NCBI RefSeq assembly: GCF_004010195.1
Contig: NC_057742.1
Coordinates: 8,717,711-8,781,710 of the forward strand
Origin: Chiloscyllium plagiosum
Lineage: Eukaryota
Direction: 5' to 3'
Length of the DNA stretch: 64,000 nt
The translations under genes were made by a program, and so were the position numbers. Position 1 is the stretch's first letter; each line of letters opens with the position of its first letter. A model generated the notes under the pieces. The model had not been told where the DNA came from, searched no databases, and saw only the letters and a program-made list of their open reading frames with translations. Below are positions 1-13,500 of the stretch, piece by piece.

Positions 1-706
1 TGTTGCAGAAGACAAGAAGAACTGGAGCAGCAGGTAAGGGTTTTGACAACACTGAGATTAAGAAAACTTTCTTCCCCCACACGGTTGTGAATCTTGCTGA
101 GAAATACAAAGGTTAGTCTCTCAGAGAGTCAAGCAATTTTGAGAGTGAGTAGAAGAATGATACTGAGGCAAAAACTCAGACTCAATTGTATTGCATTTCA
201 GTGTAGACCCAAAGGGTCACGTCACCTGTTCCTACTCTTCTAGAGATTGATGAGATTTCTAAATACCAGTGACAGAAAGGAATATGGGGATAGTGCAAGA
301 AAAGGGCATTGCAGTGAAGGATCATGCCGGAAACATAGATTCTCCTGCTCTTCTGATGCTGCCTGAGCTGCTGTGCTTTTCCAGCACCACACTCTCAACT
401 ACATCTGTGATTGTTTTAATTGGCAGAGTAGGCTTGATAGGCTGAATGTGCATTCCTGCTCCTATGGTCCACTGTAATTACATATGTGTCTGTGTTTTTA
501 TTTTAGAGCCAGTAACAAAAGAGTGTTACTCTCAGATCCAACAAGGAAACCTTTTGTATGCCCTCCTCCCTGAATATCTGCAGTCTGCCCAAACTCCTCA
601 TCCCTGACCCAACATCAATCTGTCTATGATGCATTCTTCCTCACACCCCGTCCATTAATCTCACTGCTCCTCAGTGACTGCCTTTACCAAATGTGTGTAT
701 ATATGA

Positions 707-774
707 CTGTGTGTGTGTGTGTGTGTGTGGCTGTGTGTGTCTGTGTATGTATGTGTGTTTTGGGGGGGGGGGGT
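707..774. repeat. (TG)n microsatellite and G-run
   Basis: Directly visible. Confidence 0.85.
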
Positions 775-1469
775 TCCAGGGAAGGGAATGAGTATTTTGC
801 ACGCACGAAGTGAGGTATTTTCCCTGAAACTTATGTTGCTGCCCTCATCCCAATACCAGACTTATGTTGTCATCTTTTATTCTTTATTGTTTCCTTGGGA
901 TATGTGTGTGTCACTGACGAGGCTAGCATCGTCTTTGTTGACGCGGTGTAGATTGCAGGAACCCGGCCAGAAATGTGTTCAAATAAAGAGGTCAAGAGGA
1001 AAGAAAGGGAGTGGCAAGGGTTTCAGCAGAAGAGCTAACATATGCAGAAAGAGGTGATATTACTGAGGTGACAATCAGCTGTCTGAGTGCTGATACTGAT
1101 ATTTAAGCTCAGTGTCAGATATCAATGTCAGAAGAATGCTCACTGGACCCGAAAAGTTAACTCTGCTGTTTCTCCACAGATATTGCCAGACCTGCTGAGT
1201 TGTCTGGCAATTTCTTTTTTTTTGTTTATGACCTTAAAGTTGTTGTGAACAGTGAGGTTCAAACTCTGAAGCTTGCCCATACGATTTTTGGGGGGGATCA
1301 GTCTCATCACTTTAATAGCGTACTCAACAGAACAGTGTGGAAGCAATGGCCTTGTGTTTTAAGCTTTAACATTGGTCTCTTAACCCAGATATTCATAATG
1401 TTCTGGGAAACCAATTCAATTCAAGACGAAAATCTGGAATTAGGAGATTAAGGATTACCATGAAAGTAT

Positions 1470-1986
1470 TGAGAGAAACAAAGCTCACTCACTTCAATAA
1501 TTTCAGTCCTAGACAAGATCTGAATCAGTAGTGTCATTTATTTTACCCTTGCAAGAGGGTGCGATGTCCACTGTCTACAAGGTAGGGACACACTCACACT
1601 GAATTCAACGAATACACGATATTTATGTAATTTGGTTCCTATTTTTTTATCCAATTGCTCCTCCCCGTTTACATCTTCCACTTCTCTAAGACCGGCACCC
1701 ATTACTCCTGTTTATCTCTTGCCTTATCTGGCCTTGTCTGTGACAAAATGTTTATTTCTGGCCTCACAAGGCCATTTGACCACATGCTGCTGTGGCCCAT
1801 TGTTAGGTATTATCTACTCCCTCCATCTGTGCTTTCCCCAACCATACTGATCCTTAATTGGGGTTTGTTCCTGTGTTTCTGTAAAAGTGGGAAACAGATG
1901 CTTCTAACTACTGCTTGTGCAAGCATATCTGGCTTGCATAAGGAATTATAATTGCAGAAGTAACATTACTTTACCTATATCCCACA
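1470..1986 (-). repeat. ERV 3' LTR
   Basis: Near-identical to the LTR at 6943 onward; adjacent purine tract gaaaaaggggaaat on the minus strand. Confidence 0.9.
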
Positions 1987-2116
1987 ATTTCCCCTTTTTC
2001 ATTACTTATCATTTGTTACCTTCTGCATTTTTCTTTTAAGCATCGCCCCCAAAATTCGCAAGCATCATTCCGGAGATTTCATCCATCTTCGTCTCACTCA
2101 TCCCCTCATTATTTAG

Positions 2117-3910
2117 TCAATAAAGTTCCTCTGCCTGATTCCCTTTTAGGGGCATCTGTTTCATTAAGGCTGTCTCAATCAGTCTTTGGGTGAGCCCTCG
2201 TATACAGGGTATGATACAACAGCCAATGGCCACCAATACCCCGATTACTACTATCAGGGAAGTAAGGATGGAAACCACCACCCCCTTCAATTTTCCAAAC
2301 CATGATTCAAGCCATCCTGTGAGAGATGTGTCTACTCCTGAATTCCCAGCCAGTTCCTCCGCTAAGGTAGTCAATCCCCGTAAGGCCCGAGTAATTGAAC
2401 CATCAGGTGCAGTGTTATTAGGAATCAAGGTACAACAGCTTCTTCCTAACATCACACACACACTCCCTTTTTCCCTTAGAATTATATCAAGGGCCATTCT
2501 GTTTCCCCTTCCATCCTACTTGACGCATCAAGCTGTTCTGATATTCCTTTAACCGCATCTCTTGTACAATTTACAAATCACTGTTGATTATAGAAAATAT
2601 AATTTATCCAATCTACATTTTTATTAATTGTTACCCACCAGAAGAGAGCTGACTCAAAGCCTGCTGCAATCTGGTTGCGAGCCTTGAACTCATCAGGTAC
2701 CTCCCCTAGGGATTCCTATAGAATCGAGATAAATCCTGTCATTGAAGGAAGTGTCTAACAGTAATCTTTTACCCCTTCCCTTTTTCCCTACTATCTTTTC
2801 CTTCTCAAATGCCAGGATAAATGGAATTGCCAATTGTACAATTGCACATATACCTCTCCAATCCGGAGGTAGCGTGGGTCTCAATATTTTGCCTCCACAG
2901 TACCACCACAGGTCAGCTCGGGGAACCTTTAGCGCTGAGTAGTTCCCTCCCTTGTCCGTTTCGGTGACATTCTTAATCTCTGTACATAATTTCAGCTCCC
3001 CCAAATCTCTAAACCGATTTGTACCTCGTCTACGCACACACGACGTGTGATTTCTAACTGCGGCAAAAAATGTGTGGGGGGGCTTTTGAATCTTTCTTCT
3101 CCGAGGGAGGGAACATCAGAGATGGGGAGGTACAATTCCTATCATTCCATGCAGTCTCATCCTGATACAGGGCTATCATACATTTCATGCCCTTCCTGTC
3201 TCGCTTCCACCCGAGTGGAAAGGGAACCACCTGGGCCACTGGCCTACCGGAGGCACATGCATAGCAATTGCTTTTGTTCTGACTTTTTACAGTATACGTT
3301 ACCCATTCAACTCAGGCATTTGCATTCCCGTACCCAGTTTCTATTTCGATGGTCTGTTTCAAGTCCTTTGCCTCTATAATGTTTACTACTTTAGGATCAT
3401 CGGGACGGGTGAAAGATTGTACCTTATTATCCAGTAGTTCTACCCATTTTCCCTGTCCTACACTAATTCGAAAACAACAGCCCGAGAAATCCTTCCCGTT
3501 TGCTTTCATTTCGATCCCAAATGTTTCATCTAATTGTACAGAATTGCATCGTACCATGTGGTTTTCTTTATCGTTAGGTATATTGGGTTACACTTTTTAT
3601 CGGGACAATCGCGAGCTGGTCGGAAGGGGGCCCGGTGTACTGTGACGAGACCATTATACCAAGTACCATCCCCGAGGCCATCCCCATAGGACTTAAGATG
3701 TATCTCTGAGCTGCGGTACTGTCTCTGATTATCTACATCCCCACAATTTACTAAGCTGCATGCATCAGCATCTATTATTTGTGGATTATCAGACTCAGGA
3801 ACTGTTAATAATACATATGAAAATGATATTTGACAAAATCCCAATTCTATGAGGGCTAGCATTATAACTCTAAGCATTCCCAGTATTCTAATCATCGTGC
3901 TGAAGCACAA
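2117..3910 (-). pseudogene. env: ERV env, frameshifted
   Basis: Signal-peptide-like start, furin site RGKR, ISD-like ALDIILREKGSVC, CX6CC motif CVMLGRSCC, TM helix VVVSILTSLIVVIGVLVAIG; split across several frames. Confidence 0.9.
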
Positions 3911-4040
3911 AAAGACTTAATATACAATCCTACAGAAATAATCCCGCGCTCGCGTCACCACTGTATAATCAGTTACTCAAAGTCTCTTTAGTCTGAGCTT
4001 CAGCGGGTCTTGCGCTGATTTGGCTGTCCAGACTTCTTTC

Positions 4041-4330
4041 TCAACTGGAGATTCCACCGGTCCCTTTGATCCGAGTGTAGTGAATCCAGCCTTTCTCTGC
4101 CGTCCTTATTGCCGTTTTGGTGGTCAAAAGAGCCTGATACGGCCCTTCCCAGTCCGGTTGCAATTTAGTCCCTGTCCATGATTTTACTAAGACGCAATCT
4201 CCCGGTCGAATCAGATGAGCAGCAAATTCAAGGGGTGGAGTCTGTGGTAATAAAGCCTGTTTCCTGAGGAAAGACAAAGAGGAGGACAAGCCCAGTATAT
4301 ACTTCTTTAAGAACAAATCTTTAGTTTCTG
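4041..4330 (-). pseudogene. pol: ERV integrase C-terminal remnant
   Basis: PGDCVLVKSW...LQPDWEGPYQALLTT GPY/F motif. Confidence 0.85.
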
Positions 4331-4909
4331 GGATTGGCAGTGGCCAGAGATAGGAACTTCCCGAGGACCTGGGACAGTAGGTATTAGGGAATAAACCACC
4401 GCTTCCTATGTATCCAGAGCTGCTTCTTTAATTACCTCATCAGCCAGTAATGTAGCTTTCCATTCTTTAATTAACAATGAATTAATGCAGTCATGTTTTA
4501 AATTAACAATGAATCAATATGACAGGTCACTGAGAATGTGTGAAGGGATCCTGCCAATTAATATTGATTCAGGCTAGCACAATCGATTTATTGTAAATAT
4601 TAATTATTAATTATATATTATATAAATATAAAAATCATTATCTGTAATTCAGGGTGGAAATGCAACAAATGACCAAAACATTTTAAAACTGTAATTGCGC
4701 AGTTTTGTTTCTTTACCAGTCACTTGTGCTTTCTCATTCTGTTTCTGTAATTGTTTTGCTCGAGCACATTCATTTTTAAGAACCTCAACCGATCCCATAG
4801 CACCATTTGCAGTTGCTTCAGTCCCAATTTGGTGGCAGTATCTTGTCATGAGCGCAAAACTGATTCTTCATGCCTCTCATCACAAAACTGTCACCATAAT
4901 CCAATTAAC

Positions 4910-5460
4910 TCTTTCTTTCCCGCTCCCTTCGGCTTAAAATTTAAGAATGACCTTGCTGCCTCTGTATCGACTAGGAAAACTACGTCCTCTTTATAAAGTC
5001 CCACCTTTAAATTTATCAAGGGTTCCTGGTGGGTCCCCGGGGACAGGAACTCCTGACACCCCTATTTTTCATCAAGGTTCATAAATGGCACTGCCTTTAC
5101 TTTGTTTTTCGGATCTGGACACTCTCTCTTAAAGTGACATGTCTTTCCACAGTAATAACATCCGGCCTGTGGGGATTTCCACTTTGATCCTTGTTCCTGT
5201 CTACCAGACCGCTTAACATCTCCTCCCCGATCCCTTCTCCTCCCTTTATTTTCAACATGCTGCCCGCCACCATTCCGGCCTCCCTCTCCTTCTAGTCTCG
5301 TCCTTCTCTATTACCTCATCAACCGTGGCCACCATCATTTTGCCCTCTGTTTCTGCTCCTCATGCTATGCTGCCAGATCAATTGCTGAGCCGATTTAACC
5401 AACTGAACAGCCCCAGGGCCAACCCATGGCCATTCCTCATCACCCAATGTTTTGTTTAGA
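4910..5460 (-). pseudogene. ERV gag 3' end (nucleocapsid) and protease start
   Basis: Zinc knuckle CYYCGKTCHFKREC; LDEK*GCQ...EPLINLKVG...VFLVDTEAARS with in-frame TAG at 5062-5064. Confidence 0.85.
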
Positions 5461-6922
5461 CCTTGTTTTTTTTTTAGGAGAAAGTGAGGTCTGCAGACGC
5501 TGGAGATCAAAGCTGAAACTTTATTGCTGGAACAGCACAGCAGGTCAGGCAGCATCTAGGGAACAGAAGATTCGACGTTTCGGGCACATGCCCTTCTTCT
5601 GTTCCCTAGATGCTGCCTGACCTGCTGTGCTGTTCCAGCAATAAAGTTTCAGCTCTGACCAGTTATTGCTCAATTACAATGCTATAGGTCGTGAAATAAT
5701 CGGAGCTGCCTTAAAAGAATTTGCCTATTCAAGTTAAAAAAAAACTTCTAATGCATGAACAATGGCCGAATTCAAGGTCACAGATATTAACCATAGGATT
5801 TTGTTTTTACTACAATCTAATGTTGAACTGAAACTTCAACTGTCCTCCATAAATTGCTTTTATGTAAGAATAAAAGAGATTAGTTAGAAACTGATAGTAA
5901 GGCAGTCATGACCTGTAAAAAGAACAGGAGTTAAACATTTTATTTCATAATCACTGTAGAATCCTTAACTTTAAAAGAAATCATGTTAAGTTTCTATAAT
6001 AAAAATCAGATTCAAAACAGTCCTGGAACTCAAGCTCCAGGGAATAAAGCGCAAACATTCAATCACCAACAAACAAATGTGCATTCAAACCAAATCACAA
6101 AGGATTAAACTTTCTACCAGCTGTAAAACTCTTTTCGTTCTCTCTCTCTCACACACCATATCTCACAGACACTTTCTGAGCTTCCTGCAACAACACCTCT
6201 GGGTGCTCCTCGCTTCACCCCTCTATCTTTTGAATATTTTTCTGGATGTCTGGCCATGATTTAGTTACAAAGTGTACCCTCAGTAGGCCTTCAGCCACTA
6301 GCCCTTCCGACTTGAAGCATAATCTGATTCCTCCTGACTGTAAGGCTGTTTTTCATAGAGATATAAATTCAAATATTTACAAACCCAGTCTTCGTCCGAC
6401 CCGTACTTTTGCCAGAGACGGCGGGACGAAGAATGGATTCCTTAGTCCATACAAAGCAACAGTATTTAATCATCTTTTTTCCTATCTTTTCCCCTAGTAC
6501 AAGTATTATTTTTCCAATTCCACAACACTTTCTGGAGGTATGTTGTAAAGGACCCCGCCTCCATTCCCATTGCCTTTTTCTTCTTTTGTTCTCCCGGAGG
6601 CTTTTTCCTCACCCATGGCACAGCCCATATTGAATTCCTTCGTTAGTCCCTTATGGACTACTAAAACTCAATCCTGGCCACCAAGGCAGTACTTAAAAGT
6701 CAATTTTCTTACCCTGGTCTGTGCACAGATTTGCCTGGCCCCTTTTTGCCGTATTTTCTATCGACCTCCTTTCACTGTCTGATTCAGATGTCTCTCTTGT
6801 GGGATTCGTACCAGTCGCCCAAGGGAGCGGACCAAACCAGAACACGAGACCGCTCCTCAATTGGGAACGGGACGCGTCTTCCCAGTGTCCAGGGCCAGCC
6901 AATCCCCCAGTGATGGAAGAAC

Positions 6923-6940
6923 ATCCCAGATGAGCCCCCA
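6923..6940 (-). other. Primer-binding site, tRNA-Pro
   Basis: Minus strand TGGGGGCTCATCTGGGAT versus MLV PBS-Pro TGGGGGCTCGTCCGGGAT, 2 nt from the LTR. Confidence 0.88.
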
Positions 6941-6942
6941 GT

Positions 6943-7991
6943 TGTGAGAAACAAAGCTCACTCACTTCAATAATTTCAGTCCGAGACAAGATCTGAATCA
7001 GTAGTGTCATTTATTTTACCCTTGCAAGAGGGTGCGATGTCCACTGTCTACAAGGCAGGGACACACTCACACTGAATTCAATGAATACACGATATTTATG
7101 TAATTTGGTTCTTTTTTTTATCTCATTGCTCCTCCCCGTTTACATCTTCCACTTCTCTAAGACCGGCACCCATTACTCCTGTTTATCTCTTGCCTTATCT
7201 GGCCTTGTCTGTGACAAAATGTTTATTTATGGCCTCACAAGGCCATTTGACCACATCCTGCTGTGGCCCATTGTTAGGTATTATCTACTCCCTCCATCTG
7301 TGCTTTCCCCAACCATACTGATCCTTATGACCTTCTAATTGGGGTTTGTTCCTGTGTTTCTGTAAAAGTGGGAAAAAGTGGCAGCACGGTGGCACAGTGG
7401 TTAGCACTGCTGCCTCACAGCGCCAGAGACACGGGTTCAATTCCCCCCTCAGGCGACTGACTGTGTGGAGTTTGCACATTCTCCCCGTGTCTGCGTGGGT
7501 TTCCTCCGGGTGCTCCGGTTTCCTCCCACAGTCCAAAGATGTGCAGGTCAGGTGAATTGGCCATGCTAGGTGAATTGGCCATGCTAAATTGTCCGTAGTG
7601 TTAGGTAAGGGGTAAATGTAGGGGTATGGGTGGTTTGCGCTTCTGCGGGGCGGTGTGGACTTGTTGGGCCGAAGGGCCTGAATCCACTCTGTAAAGTAAT
7701 CTAAATCTAAAGATGCTCATAACTACTGTTTGTGCAAGCATATCTGGCTTAACCTACATCCTCACAGCACCTTATCTATTTGTCTGTAACATCTACCATT
7801 GTTTTGCAGTCACGTTTCATTCTTGCATACAATTTTAGCTAATACAAAAACAATTATGTATTTCCTCCACATAGTTTGCATTCTTGTTGACTCAGCTCTT
7901 AGTTGAAACAATTACACACTGGTGTGAGTTCATTTACTCTGCATAAGTAATTATAATTGCAGAAGTAACACTACTTTACCTATATCCCACA
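6943..7991 (-). repeat. ERV 5' LTR with SINE insertion
   Basis: Matches 1470-1986 apart from a SINE (~7378-7710) and ~190 extra nt (~7751-7940). Confidence 0.9.
7378..7710 (+). mobile_element. tRNA-derived SINE (HE1/V-SINE type)
   Basis: A/B-box head, V-core tgtgtggagtttgcacattctcccc, CR1-like tail and tctaa repeats. Confidence 0.88.
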
Positions 7992-10061
7992 GTATTGTGG
8001 ATTGTTGGAGAAAGCCATCTGGCTCACCAATGTCCTTTGGGCATGGTAACTGCTGTCTTTACCTGGTCTAGCCTACATGTGACTCCAGACCCACTGCCTC
8101 TAGGCAATTAGGGATGGGCGATAAATTCTGCCCTAGTCAATGAAGCCCATACCTCATGAATGAATCCAAAAAATAAGATGGGTCCAGTTCTCTCCACCTC
8201 TGCTTCGTTTAGTGTTTACTTCTCCTGCTAGGAGGGAAAGCAGAGAGGGGGATGAATGGCCTGAGTGGAGAGCAGGGATGGACAGTATTTGTAGAGGGTG
8301 ATTGTGAGGGATGGGTGTGAGAGGGCAAGAGATTTAGGACAAGGTTGATATTGACTACTCGGGTCAGACTGTGAGGCACCTGCAGAGGGGAAATGAGTCA
8401 CAGAGTCACAGGGTTGTGCAGAACGGAAATAAATACTTCAGGTCCAACCAGTCTGTACCGACCAGGTTTCCCAAACTAAACTAGTCCCATTTGCCTGTGT
8501 TTGGCCCATATCCCTCTCAACCTTTCCTATTCTTGTACATGCTCAAATGTCTTTTAAATATTGTACCTGCATCCACCACTTCCTCTGGTAGTTCATTTCA
8601 AAGATGCACCACTCTCTCTATGGAAAAAGGTGTCCCTTAGGTCCCTTTTAAGTATTTCTCCTCTCACCTTAAACCAATGTCCTCCAGAGTTGAACTCCCC
8701 AACTCTGGGGAAAAGATCTTTGCTATAGCCTTTGTGATTTTATAAACATCTATACGGTCACCCCTCAACCTCCTACACTCCAGTAAAAAAGTCCCAGCCT
8801 ACCCAGCGTCTCCTTATGACTCAACCCTCCAGTCCCAGTAACATCCTCTTTTCCACACTTTGAGAGTGCTGTCCAAGTTGGAATGTGGGACATGACAACT
8901 ACCAATGTTATGTCACCCTCCTGAGACAAAACATACAATTTGCTACAGAAACTCAGCAGCTCTGGCAGTGTCTGTGGAGAGAGAAACAGAGTTAACGTTT
9001 CAAGTCCACTGTGCCCTTTGTCATTGTGGGTGCCCTGTCCTCAGGATGGAGGGACGTCACTCCTATTGCAACAAAGCAACCCTGAAACTGACCATCGGAA
9101 ACTGGCCTTGAGCTCTGGCCCATACCACAGACCAGGGAGCCCACCACAACAGGCCATCACCCACCCCACAACACTCCCCCCATCCTGGGGCTGGGTGCAG
9201 ACCTGATCCAATGGGGGGATTCCTGGATCTCACCTCAGGATCCAAGTGATCTGGTCCTGCCCAGCCAGAGCCCCAGGTAGGAATCAACGAGATCCCCAGG
9301 GAAGCTCCACCGGGGGGAGATCAACCTGAGCCAAGAGCGTGGTGCTGGAAAAGCACAGCAGGTCAGGCAGCATCCGAGGAGCAGGAAAATGAGGCTCATT
9401 CCTGATGAAGGGCTTTTGCCCGAAACGCAGATCCGCCTCCTCGTCAGATGCTGCCTGACCTGCTGTGCTTTTCCAGCACCACACTCTCGACTCTGACCTC
9501 CAGCATCTGCAGTCCTCACTTTCTCTAGATCAACCCGAGCACCAACCGCCCCCACCTCCACCCCACCTTCCCCTCAAGTCGGTACCTTTAAAGTTTGTGA
9601 AACTTTGGTCGTTTGGAAAATCAGGGAAAGTTTGGGAAGTTTGTGAAAGTTGGGAAGTTTGTGAAAGTTGATCCCAATCCCGATCCCGGAGCCCCCCTGA
9701 GCTGCCTCCCAATGGAATTTCCTTTGGGGTCCCCGCGGGGGATGGATCCTGTCACTCACCAGGAGGGAGGGAGTGAAAAAGGACCTTCCCAGCTCCAGGC
9801 AACTGACAACTCACCCCCAGAAAAACTCCCCCTTTCCCTTCCAGTCCCCGCTCCTGATTAAATCACTGAACATGGGGCTCTCCCTTCCCTGGAGAACCTT
9901 CAGATAAAGGTGTGCAATGGAAATCAGAAACAAGCACAGAAAATGCAGATCGGGGAACAGCTGTGCAGGAAGAAATGTTTGAAGCCCAATGTGTACATCC
10001 CTCCATTTACATGTTCCTTAAGCCAAATGGCCAAGCTGTTAGCTGTAACTCATCAATGTTT

Positions 10062-10378
10062 ATTAGATTAGATTATATTACAGTGTGGAAACAGGCCATT
10101 CGGCCCAACAAGTCCACACCGACCCGCCGAAGCGCAACCACCCATACCCCTACATTTACCCCTTACCTAACACTACGGGCAATTTGGCATGGCCAATTCA
10201 CCTGACTTGCACATCTTTTGGACTGTGGGAGGAAACCGGAGCACCCGGAGGAAACCCACGCAGACACGGGGAGAACGTGCAAACTCCACACAGTCAGTCG
10301 CCTGAGGCGGGAATTGAACCCGGGTCTCTGGCGCTGTGAGGCAGCAGTGCTAACCACTGTCCCACCGTGCCGCCCACA
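10062..10378 (-). mobile_element. HE1/V-SINE
   Basis: Reverse complement of the SINE at 7378. Confidence 0.88.
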
Positions 10379-10599
10379 AATTGTAATCGAGATTACAAAG
10401 ATGCTTCATCCGTGAACTTGCCTGTTTCAAATGTTTTCACGTTATGATGTGACACCTTCTGATCCCTCATTGCACAAAACCATCAGATGTAGGAGTGAAA
10501 GCTGGCCACTCAGCCCATCGACTCAACCTCTCCCTTTCAATGAATCATGGCTTACCAGATCATCTTTGAAATGACTGTTTTTTGTGTAAATCTATAATA

Positions 10600-13500
10600 G
10601 TGAGTAGAGTGAGGTTTTTAAGATTCTATATTTTATTGAGATCTGTCTTTTGATTAAACTTTGAAACTGTAAAACAGAAATACTAAGTTATCCTGGAACA
10701 GGAGCAAAGATGGGCTTTAGTAGAGTGACGTGCCCTTCCTGTCGGTTGTCGGAGATGAGGGAGAATTTCCATGTCACTGATAATTGAGGCTGTTGGAAGT
10801 GTGGCTGTCAGTCGTATTGGATTGCATGGATTGGTTGGAGCAGCAGTTAGATGCAATGAGGAATTTACAGGAGCTGGAGATGTGATGGAAGGGAGGAGAG
10901 AAACCGAAGATAGAGTCAGATATATGGGTTACCTCCAGGAAAGATAGGAGAGGAAAGTAGGTCGTGCAGGATTCTCCTGTGGCTAGCCCCATCTGTTTTG
11001 GAAAATGTAATCGTTGATGGGCTCTCAGGCGAATGTAGCACTGACAGGCAACCTCCTGACTCGGAGATAATGAGGAAAGAGATCAGTCTGAGACTGGTGC
11101 AGTTGAAAAAGGAGCAAGTCAGGCCATCAAGACAGACAGGAACAAAGCAGAGAGATGATTTAAACAACATTTTTTTCACTCCAAGAAGTCTAACATGTAA
11201 GGCAGATCAACGCAGGGCATGGTTGGGAACATGGGACTGGGATATCACTGCAATGACAGAGATGTGGCTCAGAAATGGACAGAACTGGCAGTTTAATATT
11301 CCAGGATATAGAAGCTATGGGAAGATAGAAAAGGGGGCAAGAGAGGAGGGGAGTGGTGCTATTGATTAGGGATAATATTACATCTGTACTTAGGGAGGGT
11401 ATTCCAGGAAGTAGGGCAAGTGAAGTTATTTGGGGGTAACTGAGAAATAATCTGATTAGGATTGTAGGATAGACCCTCAATGGGAATTTGTAAGGAGATC
11501 TCAGTTCTTGTAAGATTAATAGTGTAGTAATGGTAGGGGATTGTAAGTTTCCAAACATAGATTGGGACTGCCTTTCTGTTAAGGGCATGGATGGAGAGGA
11601 ATTTGTTAAATGTGTAAAGAACATTTTCTGATTCAGGATGTGGATGTACCTACTGGAGAAGAAGGAAAACTTGACCTACTGTTGGGAAAGAAGTCTGGGC
11701 AGTTTACTGAGGTGTCAGTGAGGGAGCAACTTGGGACCAGTGATCATACTTTTATTAGTTTTAACATAGTCATGGAAAATGATAGATTGGATCTAAAAGT
11801 TAAAGGTTTAAATTGGAGGAAGGCCAATTTTGACGTTTTTGTGCAAGAACTTTAAAAATTGATTGGAGGCAGGTATTTTCAGGTCAAGGAATGGCTAGAA
11901 AGTAGGAAGCCCTCAAAAATGAGATAACAAGAGTCCAGAGCCAGTATATTCCTGTTCAGGTGAAGATCAAGGCAAGTAGGTGTAGGGAATGCTGGATGAT
12001 GAGAGAAATTGAGGGTTTGATCAAGACAAAGAATGAAGTATACATCAAATACAGACAGCAGGGTTTGAGTGAGTCACTAGAAGAATATAAAGGCAGCAGA
12101 AGGTTATCTAAGAGGGAAATCAGGAGGACAAAAAGGGGACAAGAGATAGCTTTAGCAAATCAGGTTAAAGAGAATCCAAAGGGATTGCACAAATACATTA
12201 GGGACAAAGAGTAACTCGGAAGAGAATAGGGCCTCTTAAAGATCAGTAAGGCAGTCTATGTGTGGAACCGCATGAGATGGTGAAATACTAAATGAGTATT
12301 TTGCATCAATGTTTGCTGAGGAAAAAGATATGGAATCTCAAGAACTTGTGAAATAAATAGCAACACCTTAAAAAATGTCCATATTACAGAGGAGGACATG
12401 CTGGACATCTTAACACACATAAAGATGGATAAACCCCGGGACCTGATCAGGTGTACCCTGGAACTTTGTGGGAAGATGAGAAGTGATTGCTGGGCCCCAA
12501 GCTCAGACATTTGTATCATCGATAGTGTTAGAAAGTGGAGGTTGACCCCACTCTGAGAACTAAAACTGAAACACCCTAAGAGGAGCACTTCACCCTATAA
12601 TCCGTAAAAGAAGTGTGAAAAGTGGTGTAATCTGTTTGTCACCAACTTCTAGTGGTTAAATAAAATAAACCCCTGACACTCACTTTAAAATCAACTAGTA
12701 ACAATTTATTTACCTAACTCTAACAGTGACCAAATTAACTAAACTATTAACAAACCAAATAGATCCCTTCTAACTGTTAACTATTCCCAAATAAAGCAAG
12801 ATTTTAATGGTATGCTGTTCCAATAAATACAACTCCTACTCATATATAAAAAAACCCCATAATTTAGCTTCTCGACATTCCAGCAAAGTTATGTATCTTC
12901 CGGAATGTTCTGTGCCTTCTCCGTCGATTCTTCTGTCAGGAATGCCTTCTGTGTCATTGGTATCATTATTATTTTGATGGTGCTTTCTCTAAGATGTGGA
13001 TGAGGCTGTGAGAGCCAACGATTCTCTCTCGAGAGCTGAGGGCTGTTAGCTCTGGTGGATGGCAGATGGCTCTGAGGTCTTTGTTCAACTGCCCCTTTCT
13101 TTTTTATCCTTGATAACATATCAATATCTTTTACGATAGGATTGGTCTGAGGTCATCAAAACCATCAGATTTAAATCTAGTAGGTTTTTGGCATTTAATT
13201 ACATTGTTCAAATTGATTGGCTAAATTCAAAGCCTGTTGTCTTGGTAAAAATAACTGCTGCTTGGCCTGCTAAGTGTACGGCCTTTCAATCCAAATGTTT
13301 CAGTTGAGGTGCTGGCTGTGTACTTGCAAACTTTCAATCTGCTGCTCACAAATATCCATTTTAAATCTGTAAGTACCAAAAAAAGCACAATCTTTTAAAG
13401 AGACCATGCAATGCAGCCCTCCCTCACCCTGAGCATTTTACAACTTTACGATTTTACAAACGCCAAATTCTAACTTCCCGCCTTCCAAACCACAATTACT

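Larger units (their letters stand above)
1470..7991 (-). mobile_element. Defective endogenous retrovirus, class I (gamma/epsilon-like)
   Basis: Paired TG...CA LTRs (1470-1986, 6943-7991), 4-bp TSD GTAT (1466-1469, 7992-7995), tRNA-Pro PBS, PPT next to 1987, and gag, pro, integrase and env remnants. Confidence 0.93.

Noticed and set aside
2117-2497. env TM ORF as a domesticated syncytin-like gene
   Set aside because: Upstream env is broken by several frameshifts and stops, so there is no intact ORF
7378-7450. tRNA gene
   Set aside because: It is the tRNA-derived head of a SINE and continues into the V-core and LINE tail
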